Part shown: in pieces, positions 12,780-26,400 of the stretch | Position numbering within the stretch: position 1 is the first letter of the stretch | Layout of the letters: each line of letters opens with the position of its first letter | Assembly: GCF_018977255.1 (NCBI RefSeq) | Contig: NW_024704743.1 | Location: forward strand, 49,106,001 to 49,170,000 | DNA from: Callorhinchus milii | Taxonomy: Eukaryota | Direction of reading: 5' to 3' | Length of the DNA: 64,000 nucleotides | Program-made: the position numbers and the translations under genes | The notes under the pieces: generated by a model | Told to the model about the DNA's origin: nothing | What the model saw: the letters and a program-made list of their open reading frames with translations, nothing else | Databases searched by the model: none

Positions 12780-13210
12780 CTGGTCTGGATTCTTTCTGTG
12801 AGAACAGCTAACCGGGTTTCACTGGCTCCCTATTCCCCTTGCAAATCAAGTTTAATATCCTCCTCCTTAACTTCAACTGCCTGCATGGCCGTGTCCCACC
12901 TCATCTCTGTGATCTCCTATGACCCTTCTCCCCAGCCTCTCTCTCTGCTCCTGCCTCTTGCCCCTAAGCTCTGCTCCACCACTGGTGGGTAAACTTCCAG
13001 CCACCTTGTCCCCACCTTTTCGAACTCTTCCAAAATCCCTCTGCCACCGCCTCTCCCTCTCTGCTTTCAAAACCCATCTAAAGACCTATCCCTCTATTTC
13101 TTTGACCACTGTTCAGCCACCTACCTGCTACTCTTCCTATTTTCATCCAAGCTTGGGCTCCTTAAGTAAAAGCTTGTATATAAGTGAAAATTGTTGTATA
13201 TTGGTTGCTG
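12780..13210 (+). mobile_element. L2 3' fragment, old
   Basis: CACTGGCTCCCT..., TTCAAAACCCATCTAAAGACC (FKTHLKT) and a GTTGT tail. Confidence 0.7.
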
Positions 13211-13661
13211 AAGGGGGTGGTGATTCAGCTCAGTGAATTCCATGTAGCACAGTTGTTAATGTGGGCTTCGTACCATACTCCATTTATTAAGTTATGCTTA
13301 TCAGCAATACTAGGGCAAATAAACAGTAACATGGCATCAAAGGGATTCCAGAAAAGGTGGTTGAAGCCAGGACACTGGACTTGTTAAGAAACAGCTTGAT
13401 GCCATAATTGAAAGATAAGGAGTGTATTCTAAAAAGATGAGATCAAATCAGCAAAAGGGCCTTCTCATCTGAACTTGCCTTATCACATTATCTCCCTCAG
13501 AATCAGTTTGTGATACCCCATTTATATTCTATCTAACCATAACCTTCTGTAAAATGATTGAACATGTTTTCCACCAACCAAAAATGCAATATTTTTTTCA
13601 CCCTTTATACAAGGAAACCACAAATGTATCTCAAGATTATCAAATCATTTTTTTTTCGCAC

Positions 13662-13726
13662 CTAATTTCACTGTCCACGCAACACACTGGAGACATCAGT
13701 TCAAAAGTCTTTGAAAACTTGACGAC
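13662..13726 (-). CDS. PDE11A: PDE11A coding exon 5, 65 nt
   Basis: VVKFSKTFELMSPVCCVDSEI plus AG (phase 2). TTTTTCTAG|GTC acceptor; TAG|GTGCG donor. Confidence 0.94.
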
Positions 13727-14264
13727 CTAGAAAAATAAGAACAGGACACTGAAATCCTCCCACAATGACATTTCAGCTTGGAGCATGAGAGATCTGAGTG
13801 AAGCTGATGATTTGCCAACCTGAGCACTGAGCAATGATCAAATAACTCTGGACCACACAAATGTGAGGGTAGTCACAAGCTTTGACCTCATTTTGCATTG
13901 GATTCCATGTTTAGTCTGGATAAGGTCCATACAATATTGCTTTTTGGGGGGGAGGTGGGAGAGGAAATTGGTTCTTTAATTTATACCCATGGTATCATGT
14001 ACAGAGGGAATTAAAGATGAACTTAAACTAACAAACACTGAAAGGGTTTATAGGCAATTGAATAATCCTTCACATTAGTTGTTAATTATGAGGTTAAGGA
14101 CAGCTGTACTTTGTAACCCAAACCACAAATTAGACTCCAATGTGTGACGATGTAGAAAAGGTTGAATAATTTGAAATGAACTTTTTAGACACTCGCTTCA
14201 GCTTCTTTTTAATAAATGCTTTTTGGCCTGAGCTCAAAAATAGGGAACTAATAAAATTACTTAC

Positions 14265-14405
14265 AGGAGATTCAACATCTTCCAGAAGAAGGACAGAGCA
14301 TCGCTCACATTGTAGCAGGGTTAGAGCTCGCTGCATGATCTTCCTGACAACCTTCTCCAGCTCTGTTTGCTCTTCAAATAAATCATTGACAACTTCTAGT
14401 AATGC
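14265..14405 (-). CDS. PDE11A: PDE11A coding exon 4 (start of GAF-B), 141 nt
   Basis: ALLEVVNDLFEEQTELEKVVRKIMQRALTLLQCERCSVLLLEDVESP. TTTCAG|GCA acceptor; CCT|GTAAGT donor. Confidence 0.97.
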
Positions 14406-15029
14406 CTGAAACCATTTTGATGAAATTAAAAAACAGCAGCACTAAAAGAAAGGTCGGATCAATAGGCTGCACACAGCCAGTATAAAACTTGTGAGCTAAC
14501 AAAAGCATCTTAATATTAACTTAAAATAGAGGCATAATTATTCCAAGGTGAGTCGTCTGAAAATAAAAGCATTAGAGAATGATGACAATTAACTGAATTT
14601 ATCTCTAGTACTCAATTTGGGCCAGTTTATACAAGTCCAGTGTTGTATTGTGTAACATGTCTCAGTATATAGGACCATATTCTGCTTTACACTAAGAATT
14701 GTGACAAAATATTGATTTATGTGCAAGATGCTTTCATTTTTATCCTCAGATTGGTTCAAATTAAGTAGGACAATGTTTTGCTTTCTTCCCTCATGACCCC
14801 TCCTACCTAAAACTTTGCTCATCCCATGCGAAACATCAGCTGTTACTGGAGAGTAATGAATGCAAACCTATTCTTAGATTTGAGCAATATTAACCTATAT
14901 ACCGTATGAGTATGAATAACATTTGTGTAACAATCAGGTCAAAGCACTTGCCATACTAGCAGAAACTCATCAGTATCCTTTTAAAACAAGCTTAGATAAT
15001 TCTATTACTTTTACCCTTGAATTACTTGG

Positions 15030-15433
15030 AGTAACCTTGGACATGATAAAGTGGATTGACTGTAAATTCTGTGAGTGAATGTGGCAGCCAATTTGCACAC
15101 CCCAATGTCTCACAAAGACCTTATGGAATGGGTGACTAATTTTATTTGGGGGATTGTTGATCAAGGATACTGGGAGAAACACCCTACTGTTTTGAATAGT
15201 GCTATGGGATCTTAAACGTCCACCTGGATAGGCAGACAGGACCTTGGTTTAATATCTCATCCAAAGGATGGCAGCTCCGACAGTAGTGCAGCAACCCCCA
15301 CCCCACCACCACCCCACCACCCTTACTGCAATGGAGCATCAGCCTAGACTATATGAGTTCCAAGTCCCAATGTGGGACTTAAACCCACAACCTTCTGGCT
15401 CAGAGGCAAGAGTGCTAACAACTGAGCCAGGCT
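15030..15433 (-). mobile_element. Older DeuSINE-like element (SacSINE1/AmnSINE1-type central domain)
   Basis: Reverse strand reads ...GGATGAGATATTAAACCAAGGTCCTGTCTGCC...CAGGTGGACGTTTAAGATCCCATAGCACTATTC..., the recalled Deu-domain pattern, with a tRNA-like head. Confidence 0.75.
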
Positions 15434-15564
15434 CGCTCACACTCATTCACACTCACACAAGCTCACACACGCTCTCACATGCACACGCGCGCATGCACAC
15501 ACCGAAAAAAAAACATTTTGCCCAATTTCTATTAAATTTAATTTGATAGACTTGGAAACCTTAC

Positions 15565-15654
15565 CCTGCCTCTGTCATATTCCTTTCGAGACGCTGCAAA
15601 CAGTTTGGCATTGGAAATGGATATGCCACAGAATGGCAGATACATTTGTAGTAC
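15565..15654 (-). CDS. PDE11A: PDE11A coding exon 3, 90 nt
   Basis: Hand translation VLQMYLPFCGISISNAKLFAASRKEYDRGR. TTCCAG|GTA acceptor; AGG|GTAAG donor. Too short for the ORF track. Confidence 0.96.
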
Positions 15655-16669
15655 CTGGAAGAAACATAAACACACAAGGATATTCTAAATTATTTTATTC
15701 CAAATAGGCTTATGATGTATTAATCTTAAAATTAATTATTTTAGATGTTTGGGTAGATGAGTGTTTTCCAGATTACATTTTGCTATATTGAGATGCTTTG
15801 GAATAAGCATTTTTTCACCTTTTACTTGTTTGCCTTCAAAATAAACTACTTTTTCTGAAGTGACTATTCAACCATAATAAGTTTATTGCCTACTTTCATA
15901 AGGTACGAACCATGAAGTAGATATTTCTATTTGCCTAATTTATTTACCTGCTGGGATTTAGACTGTTTTCCTGTATCGTATCTCTCCAACAACATTTGTA
16001 TAGCGCCTTTCCCGTCGGGAGGATGTCCCAAGGAACTGGACAGTCAGGGATTTGGACCTGAGCTGGGGGTTGGGATCAGGAAGGGTGGAAGCCAGGGAGG
16101 GTTGGGGTAGGACGATCAGTTCTTAAAGCAATACATTTGAACAAGGAATAAATCCCAGCTGAGAAATGTAATGCGAACAGCCTCTTTCTTTTCTTTGATC
16201 TCCAGTCATTACCTCTCCAAATGACACCTCAGAGACCAGAAACTCACCATGAGGGAAGGACAGGTGCAAATCCACGTCCTGTGTGTTCAAGGCACAACTT
16301 GTTAGATCTGTATATCACACCATCTCAAGCATCAAGCCAAAAATATAAAACATGCTGGTTTCGGAATTATGGCCATTATTAATTTCTTCATTTTCTATTA
16401 ATAGTTTTCATGTTAATAATAACTAGAAAGACAAATCTGAATTACTTAAGAAGTGATATACAAGTGATTGCATTGATGCCCTTGGTATACGTATATTAGT
16501 TTGGATTGTATCAGGGTAGTTGGAAAAAACCTCAAGCAGTCTAACTACTATTTGGTCATTGCTGGGGTCATATCACCCCTGATGTAAACTGGAGTTTCTG
16601 CACGTAAACCTGTGTACATCACATTGCTGCTCAATCAATTTTGTGCTGAGGTTTCATGAGTCAGTCCCT

Positions 16670-17225
16670 GCTTGTTGGCCTTCCCAACTCTTCCCTCCAC
16701 AAGCTACAGATCATCCAGAACTCTGCAGCTCGTGTCCCTTTCCGCACCAGACTCTGTGACCCTATCACCCTCACCCGGCTCTATTGGCTCCCCATTCCCC
16801 AGAGATAGAATTCAAAATCCTTGTCCTCAAGGCCCTCCACAGCTTTGTTCCTTCATACCTCTGTGACCTGCTAACTCCATGTCAACCCCTCCGCTCTCTC
16901 CGCTCAGCAGGCTCCAGCCTGCTCCACATCCCCCGCCCGACCTGCCCCACCCCACCATTGGCGGACAGGCCTTCAGCCTCTGTGCACCCACCCTTTGGAA
17001 TTCCACTCCACATTCCTTCACCTTGCTCCCTCCCTTGCCTCCTTCAAGACACATCTCAAGACTCTCCTCTTTGACCGCATCTTCGGTCACCCTCCTACCC
17101 TTATCCTCCCTCCCTCCAGCACCCATGATCCCAATGCCCGCTTGGGTCCAAATCCCCAACTATCCAGCACCTTCGGACATCCTCCCGAAGTGAAATGTGC
17201 CATACAAATGTAATTTGTTGTTGTT
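16670..17225 (+). mobile_element. L2 3' fragment
   Basis: IEFKILVL..KALH...PSYLCDLL..; AFSLCAPTLWNS; FKTHLKTLLF; GTTGTTG tail. Confidence 0.88.
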
Positions 17226-20200
17226 TTTCATCTCCTCTGATAGTCAAACACCATAAAAATATCAAATATCTACATTACTTTCACGGTTAAGAAATCACTG
17301 GCAATAGATTTGCCATATATTTTATCTCCGCTTGCTCCTTTACCATGGGTAGAAACATATGGATCCCTGAAATCTTTTATGAGGACATTCCTGGACTCTG
17401 CTGACTCATTCTGCTGTTACTATTATCATTTTTAGCCATAATTCAAAATAATTCTCAAAAGGTTGAATTCACCATATTATTCGCCAGACATGCTTAAATT
17501 CCTCAGACCTACCTTGATCTTTTATTTGACATGTTTATAACTGTCATCAATCCAATCCTTAAACATTTTAGTTTTTCAAAATCACCTTTCTTGACTCTTG
17601 TAAACAAGCCAGACTTGCTCTGCTTTCCTAAAGCAGATTCATGTTCCCAGTGAGGTCAGACTTGCAAAACTTAGCTGCTGTTTACAGATTTCTGCTCTAC
17701 ATTTATACTGTTAATACTACTTCTAATAATAATCTTTGCACTTGATATTGCACCTTTCAGTTCGGGAGGATGTACCAAAACACTTCATGTAAAGTATAGT
17801 GATTGTGTATTTTATAGGCGAACAAAGCAGACAATTTGTGTGCAGCATTATCCCACAAACACCCATGAAGTAAGTTGCTTTTGATAGGGTTCTTGTTAAA
17901 GTGTCCTTTGCCACAGTGTAATTAAAATAAAACCATAATAATGAAAAACAGTGTGTAACTTTAATGTTGCACTTTCTGCTACGCATACTTTACTGTTTCC
18001 TCTTTAATTTGCATTATCTTGCATTTACCTAGATTAATATTCATTGGCTTAATTGGACCAGATGTCTTCTGAAAGCTATTTATTTCCCTTATGCTTATCA
18101 CCTTGCCTCCTAACTTGGCATTTTCAGCAAATATTATGTTACACAACATTCTCTCCTCCAAATAATTCATGAATAATGTGAACAACAGGGGGACTCAGGA
18201 AAGACTCTGTTCTGACTGCCTGCAGGCACAGCCTTTTCCATTTCCAGTTTCTGCATCTGCTGTGCCAATTTTCATTATTTTTCATTATTTCCAAGAGTGA
18301 AGACTTTAGTTCTAAATTCTCTTTTTTAATGCAGTCCTGAAATATAAAAGATTTGATGGTTGATATCAAGATTTAAAGCTGAGAAGCATAGCTAATGAGG
18401 TAAATACAAACCTTATCAGTTTCTGATGATTCTGATTCTGACTATAGTATACATTATCCAAATAATAACTTTCAAGATATGTCCGGCAGACCTGTTTTCA
18501 CTAATAAACTAAATAAAAGATCCAGTGACGTATATCACGTTGGAACATGTCACTGAATCACTTGTATGTGATTCATCAATAACACCTGACACTTCTGGGT
18601 CTTCTGCTTACCTAAACAGAAATAGTTTAGCAAATGCCTTTGTTTCTTTCTCTCAAACACAGTGCCTCTTTTTAAACTTTAAAGCAATTCAGCCCAAGTG
18701 GACGGAACAAAACAAAATGCGCTGGACATCATCATAATGCTTTGTAATGGTCTGTTTTTAAAAGGGTATTTATTGATGGGACTTGAGATAGTCCCTGTAT
18801 ATTTGGGGTAATGGTGATGCTAGTGAGTTGCCATTCCCTTTCCATTGAATCCATCCCACTGTGCATCACCAGCTGCTCATTGTTTTCACATCTTCAAAAC
18901 TACCCGAACACAGCCTTGCTCAAACAAAGGGCCAGATTAGTCAGGAGGAACTGAAGATGTTAGCAATATAAAACATTCACATTGATTGGATTTCTATCTG
19001 TCAAGAGAAGTTACATTTTGTATTTCACTTATGGTTTCTCTAAGGATTCATTTGATTGCCAAATTCCCTTTCTGATGTTCCTACAATGGATTGTAACAGA
19101 AGGTAACAGACCTGTATAGAGCAAAAAGCTGACAATTTTTGCTGTGCAGCAGCAGGATACAAATATGTTATTATTCTGCAAATGTCATCGCCTTGGTCTG
19201 AGAAGCTATGCTTCACATGATAAGAGTATGCAAAAGTAATTAGACCACATAGTTTGCTGGCTTAACCGCAGAACAAAATTTTCCATCAGGGACTCTTAAA
19301 TATTTTAAAACGTACAGAAAAGCTATATGTTTATTGTGAATTTTATGACGAGATTTCCTGCTGAAACCCACGAACACACGTACCTTTCATGTCAATATTG
19401 CAGGTAGTTTATGGGTATGTGCACATGTAAAGACTACTGCTAAGTGTATGACTGATTTTCCACAATGCTCCATAATTTACGTAAAAGAGCAGTTCTACAG
19501 AGTTCCAAAAGTAATTTATTTGGAAAGGTAGTATTTTATATTTATGATAATATGAGCAGTGTGGACTGCTTAAAGCTTCCCAGTGTGAAATTTACACTCC
19601 TGAATTCTTGATTAACAATTATCACTTGTAATGATATGAGTGAGATGCTAAAGGATGTAAAAAAATTAGACACGTAACAGAAAATTACCCTGACATTATA
19701 CACTTTGCAGAATCTGCTTTAATCGCAAGGGATAAGGGCAAATTGTATTTTCATAAATGTATTTAAAATCTATCATATAATACAAGCCTTATCTTTCACT
19801 GGTATCTATCGGCAGACTCCTGTCGGCAAAAATAATGGAAACGGTTGATGGAAAAAAGGTAAGAAATGCCAATATTTCTGTATATTGCACACAACAGCAC
19901 AGTATCTTAAGTAATAAAAACAATAATTCTTACATTTGATGTAGCGCCTTTCACATCAAGAAGACGTCTCAAAGGAATTACGGTAAAATTCACTATGGGA
20001 TTTACTGTAAAATATAATGACTGTGTTTTGTAGGCCAACATGCCTTGTTATAAAGGGATAACACATTTTTTCAGATGACATTTAGACATTGCTTCGGCTA
20101 CACTACACCAATCTATGATATCAGCTTAAACCTGAGATGTGGTTACAGATGGTATTTGGAACATTGTAAAATGTTCTTTCTGCTACTGGTTACAGAACTC

Positions 20201-21348
20201 TTTTACTGGTTACAGCAGCTCCCAACACAGAATAAAAGATTTTGAAACTGAAATACCTGGGTTATCAACATTCAGTTTGTGATACCTGTCTTCAATCTAA
20301 TTACAACAGCTTGCATTATTATAGCACCCTTCACGTAGGATAACATCTCAGAGGGCTTCATGGTGTTGGAACCAGACGATACACAATGAAGAAAGGGTGG
20401 GGGGGGGGGGGGAGATGAAGGCACCATTGAAGAGGTAGGTTTTAAATGGGATTTAAAGACAGATAGAGGTTGACGAGGCAAGAGGGAGGAGTTCCAGAGG
20501 TAGGGGCATAGTAGTCAAAGGCTTGGCCACAAATGGTGACATGGAGGGGGTGGACCTAAGCAGAGTGGGCAAGCAGAGGAGTGGGGTAGGGAAAGATCAC
20601 AGAGTTAGGACGGTACTAACGCATGAAGGGTGTAATTAATTCATTCTCAGTGTAAAATTACTACAGCAAAATCACACACTCACTTATTCATTTATTGTCC
20701 TTATCATTGATTTTATGTAATGCTTAACACAGACTAGACCAACTTTGTATTCAATATTCTGTGTTACAGCCATCAGATCATTAGACTAGATGTTTATCTA
20801 TGTGGAAGAAACACTTTTTCTATTTAATAGGCACTCCCCAGTAGTCAATTTCACTTTTTTTCTGTCAGCCAATATAACTTTAAACTTCTGGTAATTGGAG
20901 AATTTCCAGTTTATTTTTTATTTATGTTTCCCATGTTGCCCTATAATATTTAAAGTGCACCGAAGGTTTGTATGTGGAAATATATCATATATTTATTACA
21001 GGAATAATAAACACATGTGGAAAAATAAAGACCAATTTAGAAAGTTTAAAAAAAATTACTTTTCCTACTGTCAGTAACAGGAAGGTAATCTCTACAGCAA
21101 GGGAAATCTTTTACAGAGCATATAAATAGTCATAGCTGTTATACTGCTGACATTTACAGCAAAATCTGTATCCCCCTGGACCAGATAGTACTAATGTTTT
21201 AAGCTTCTACACCACAATATTGTAAGAAATATTTATGCTGTACTAAAAAACGGCTTGAGTGAACGTATTATCCTGAAACTCAAAAAATAAATGTTAGAAG
21301 TTTCACATCTGTTTTTTTGTTCTTTATTCTATTCTATCATTTTCCCCA

Positions 21349-21349
21349 T

Positions 21350-21374
<25 letters not shown>
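21349..21374. repeat. (TC)n microsatellite
   Basis: Read directly from the sequence. Confidence 0.9.
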
Positions 21375-21380
<6 letters not shown>

Positions 21381-22269
21381 TCTATTTTACTTGTGTACCT
21401 GTTATTTGTACCGTTATTGACTTAAAGTAGCTGGAGGAGCTGCAAAAGTGAATGCTTTTTAATCTGTCTTTCGGTCCCATTTTCTGAACGTTTATCAGCG
21501 GTGAGGAGAAATAGTCTACTGACTTGAACAAGTCAGGAATTCTTCTGCATTGTCCTCATCAAAATAATTGTTTAGGTAACTTTTCTCCAGTTTGCTCAAG
21601 TTAAATGCAAATAGAAACAACATGATTAATCTAGAAACCACAGATTAAATGAGGGTCTTCCCCCTCCTCCGTTGTTCAGAATCCAACACTGTCTGTGAAG
21701 CACTCCAAATCATTATCCTATATAAATGCATATTATTATTGTGTACTTTAATCTACTATGGGAGAAATTCCATCTGGGTCTAGATGGATTTATTTATAGA
21801 GCAGTTTAAAGCATACAGCATTTGACAAATTGTTGAATTTAACATTTAAAGCCTTTTTGTACTTAAAAGAATTTACAAAAATCCTGCTTCAAAATTAAGA
21901 TAGAATTTAAAAATTAATTTCATTGAATTCCAAAAATTCTGGACATTGTACAATTTTACATAAATAGAGTGAATTGAAATCCATGTGAAATTTCTTCCCA
22001 GATTGTCTGCTTTGTTTGTGGTGCCTACTTGTACCTGAATAGAAAGATCCCAGGGGTACTTTCATTCCAGTCACTTGGGATGAATGAGAGATTCCTCAAG
22101 TTCCCAAATTTCTAGCCCTTGTTTCATTTAAATTCTTGGTGCCATCTGCTGTTCTCCAGATGGAAGGTCAGATCTGTGACCTGTTTGGGGCATATTCTAT
22201 TCACCATCTCCAGCTTTCCCTTCCTGAAAGTGCCTCCCTTTAACAGCCAGGCCAAGATGGGGGACATGC

Positions 22270-22615
22270 AATCCCTTTAAAATCCCTTCTTGCCCTGGCA
22301 CCTTCCTACCTCTCCGACCTGCATAACCCCTAACCCACTACTCACTGCCTCTGCTCGACTAGCTCCTGCATGTCCCTTGTGCCCTCTGTTCCACCCTTGA
22401 TGGCCGCGCTTTCAGCCACTACGCCCCGAAACTCTGAAACACTCTTCCTCTATACCTCCATTTGCCCCCTACCTTCCCCATCTTCAGGTCTTGCCTGAAG
22501 ATCTTCATCTTCAACTGTGCTTACAGTTACCTCCCTCCCACTAGCTCGGCATCGTGCCCTGCCATTGTCAAGCACCATAGGAATGCTACCCTATGTGAAG
22601 GGCACTATATAAATC
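22270..22615 (+). mobile_element. L2 3' fragment
   Basis: GGCCGCGCTTTCAGCCACTACGCCCCGAAACTCTGAAAC and tail GGCACTATATAAAT. Confidence 0.75.
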
Positions 22616-22911
22616 TCGCTTTGCAAGCAAGAGACCTGAGTTCAATTCCAGGCAGGGCGAAACCTTGGGCAAGTTTCCTTACTCCACACGCCTTATAATA
22701 ATCCCTCCAAAAAACAAAAACAATAATTAAATTGGTCATTTTCAATCTATGACTGTTTGTGGGACATTGCTGTGCGCAATTGGCTGCCGCGTTGGCCCAC
22801 AAATATACAGTCAACTCACTTTACAGTATATTCTGTGAAGCGCTTTGGGACGTCCTCCCGACGTGAAAAGCGCTATATCAAATGCAAGGATTATTATTAT
22901 TATTATTATTA
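22616..22911 (+). mobile_element. Same SINE, 5'-truncated, inserted in an L2 tail
   Basis: Near-identical body and (TTA)n tail; TATAAAT on both sides. Confidence 0.92.
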
Positions 22912-23029
22912 TAAATGCAAATTGTTGCAAAGTGAGCAGTCACCCCATGATCTACCATTATGCAGTGCAGTTCATATGTAAGTCAATATGTTGACTCTGT
23001 ACAGTGGAAATTACTCCATACAGTGGAAA

Positions 23030-23460
23030 TTACCTAAGGATGGTACCAGGAATTAATGGTTATAGGTATATGAAGAGCCGTGATACTTGGCACTGTTTTT
23101 ATTGGAGCAGAGAAGTTTAAGGGGGATCCAATGCAGTTTTCAAAATAATGAATGGTTTTGAACAGGTAAATAGACAAGGATTATTGGTGAGTCATTAACA
23201 AGAGGACCAATCGTGGAGATTATGACTAGAAGGGAAGAGGGGAGGTTTCGGAAAATAATTTTCGTGTGAAGAATTGTTACAATATCAAATGCCTTGCCAT
23301 GAATAGCCATGGAAGTGGAGTCCAGATTAACAATTAAAAGGGAGTTATCTAAACGCTTGAGAAAAGCAGTATTAAAGGGTATGAAGAAGAGAATAGGGGA
23401 ATGGGGTTGGAGTGGTTGAATGAACTCTCTCTGTGCTATGAACTTTGTTTGATTCTGTAA
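23030..23460 (+). mobile_element. CR1 3' fragment
   Basis: GGATGGTACCAGG...TTGGAGCAGAGAAGTTTAAGGGG... landmarks and the 3' UTR. Confidence 0.7.
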
Positions 23461-26400
23461 GTTATTGGTTACAGCCGGTGGGAGAAGGAAGAGAAGTACA
23501 GAGATCTATGCCAGATCCTGTTACTGTATGCTGTGGTCTGGTATTCTGCTACATATTTGGAAGTTAAGACAGGCATGTTGCACAGCAGGACTCGAGTCTC
23601 ACCGATTACGTCACCAGATCAATCTTCTTACCAACTGCTTGCTTTCTTGTCTCCCAACAAGAAAGTAGCTGACATGGAGGATTGAAACCGCATGTATGGT
23701 TTATTTAACCCCACCCTCAAAGGGTTACAGCGTTGTATGAAGTAAAGTGGGTTGCTGTTTGTTGGTTTTGTAAGATGAATCCATTCTGTAAGGTTTGATT
23801 ACTAAGAGCATACTACCTTACAGCAGCTAGAAACAGCAATCCATTCCCTAAAGGAAGGCTTTGATAAGGAGATTGACGGCTTCAAGTTGATACCGGCACA
23901 GCAGAGAGTTGTAAATGGGCCAAGACAAGCTGTGGCATTGTGTCAGTAACAGTCAAACCAATCTCACAGAAAAGGCTGACACCAATTAACTGGAAGATAT
24001 GGGTTTTCAAATTCTGGATCAAAGCCCTTCAGGCTCAGCTTAGAGATCACATTAGTGGTAAAAGAACATTCCAAAAAGGAAGTTCATAAAAACTTTAGCT
24101 ATTCAGCGAGTTTATTCAGTAACTTTTAAATCATTTGACTGCAGGGTGCAAAGGAATGCAGCACAGCTAGACTAGGAAGGACTGAAATTTATTAACATTC
24201 CATTTCCCAGGTCTTTGTACTCATCAAAACTTTTAAAAATTAAAAATGGATCAGCTAGCTAACTCTAGAGGGAATATTCTTCCTTCTTTAATCATAATAA
24301 GGAAGAATCTGTTTCATAATAAATTCAATGTGATCATTTTCCCTTGAGATCTGTTATTAAATGTTGCATGTTTCAGCCCCATGTTTCAATACTTTCAATG
24401 TACTATAAAAGTAATAGCTATGAGTTGGTTCTAACTCTTTCTTCAATTATATTGTTTCTTTACCGCCTGTATGTGCTGCAAAACAAAACCAGCAAGTCCA
24501 AAAAGTTCAACATGTGTAAACCTTTAGGACAATAATGCCCTGCTGCTTCAGTAATATTTTGTGACCTGCAAATAAAACATCAGATTCCTACAGTAAAACT
24601 GTCATTTCATTTTGCATGAAATGACATGAACATTAACTCCATTCAGCTCACGAAGAGAAGGTAGTATGTTAAGAACTTTTGTAGAGAATTGTTGGAAAGC
24701 TTTCCAGATCCGATATCCAATACACACAAGCCTTTTTGTTTTACATGGCAGCAAAGTTGTTCTCTTTCACAGCCAGAATCTTAATGAAAACTCTTACTCT
24801 TATAAAATTAGCTGAAGCTCTATACAGTAAAGTTTCACAGTAATCACAAATTTGAATACTTGGATGGACATACCAAAAATTAGCTACATGGGAAAATACT
24901 GAAAGATAGATATGGTAATTTTGTGGGTAAACATAAATAACTTACATACACAAGAGGTTCCAAAGTCCAGGTATTTTGTTAATTCATATGTCTAATTGTT
25001 CGGCACATGAAGAAAAGATAAAGTGCAAATTTGGGTTATCACTCTCCAAAAGCCATTTAGTGCTGAACTAAAGTGATGATCTTGGTAGTCGTCTGTAAGT
25101 CAACATGAGAAGAAACATTAATCAGGAGTTACTTAAGGGTTTCTTCTTTCAAGGTTTGCGTGAGGTTTCTTGGCAATTATTTATTGTTAACCATGTTGAT
25201 TTCTTCTTAGTTCCTCCAAAAATGCTGTAATGTACTTCATTGCTTCCACAGTCGAAGGTGAAAGTATTACCCCTGTCACCTACCACCTTATCCGTCACTT
25301 ACCCCTGTCCATGCCTATTTGGAGTGGTTCCATTGAAGGAGACACTTGACCAGTCTAGTTTTCATAAGGTGAGGTATTTGCTCTATTTGAGGATGGTATC
25401 TGTGTATGAGAGGTGGAGGAAGCTGTTCCAATGGCCATCTGCCTCACAAAGATGGTGATGTTCACAGGGTCTGTGAAAATAAAGTGACTTCCTGCGGGAA
25501 GGTGGATATTTACAGATGCAGAATCTTGATCAGCCAGCAGATATTGCGGTCTATTCAGGCTCACTCCACCAGCCCAGTAGAATACAGAGTAGAAAGGGTG
25601 TTGTCTGTGGAGAGATATTTGTGATATTTCTTTCCAGCTTCTATTTTAGTTATCCTCCCTTGTACTGTCATGATTGCCAGTGCTTGTAATTTTTTCTACA
25701 AAAAATGAGGAACTAAATAAAGTTTCCTATGTATATTGCTGTTCCTATCAATATGAGTTGCTTGACATGAGAACTCCAGCCGTCAACATGAGATGAATGT
25801 TTATGTGGGATGTCTCTAAAACACTCAAAGGGGTGCTGAGTACAAGCAATGTAGCAGTCCAAGGGTGAGGTCATTTTGACAAAAGTGATGTGAGTAAGCA
25901 GGCAAAGCAGCAGTAGTGTAATATGGCAATCTTTGTTAACATCAGTGGTGGAATTATTTTGTTACACCCTCATTGCCCAGTGTCTGAAAAAGAACAAAGA
26001 CGAAAACTGCAAAGAAAGTATCAGCTCCTTCTAATATTTTGAGACACCAACATAGCGAAAGATTATTTTCACAGCCTATAAAATTGGTAACTTGGGGGCC
26101 TAAGCTCAGAGTTGTGCCAGGAAGAGGTAAGGGGAGGTTTGAAAAAAAAATATACAGAGAGTTATTGAATATGGAATTCTTTGTCACAAGTTGCTAACAA
26201 GGCTGAGACCATAACAAGATTAAAAAGGGAAATAAATAAAGATATGAAGGATATAAAGGGTACGGGGAAAGAGCAGTGAATGGAACGAGAATTGAGAGTT
26301 CCAATTGAGAGTTGCAATTCTAGATAGCAATGACTTGCTAAGCTGAGTGGCCTCCTTCTACCCTGTTATTCCTATGACTCTGGGTGTAGTTACCCCGGCA

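Noticed and set aside
25200..25700. Slightly GC-richer stretch with overlapping short ORFs
   Set aside because: Multiple stops in the frame I translated and no recognisable motif. BLASTX would be needed.
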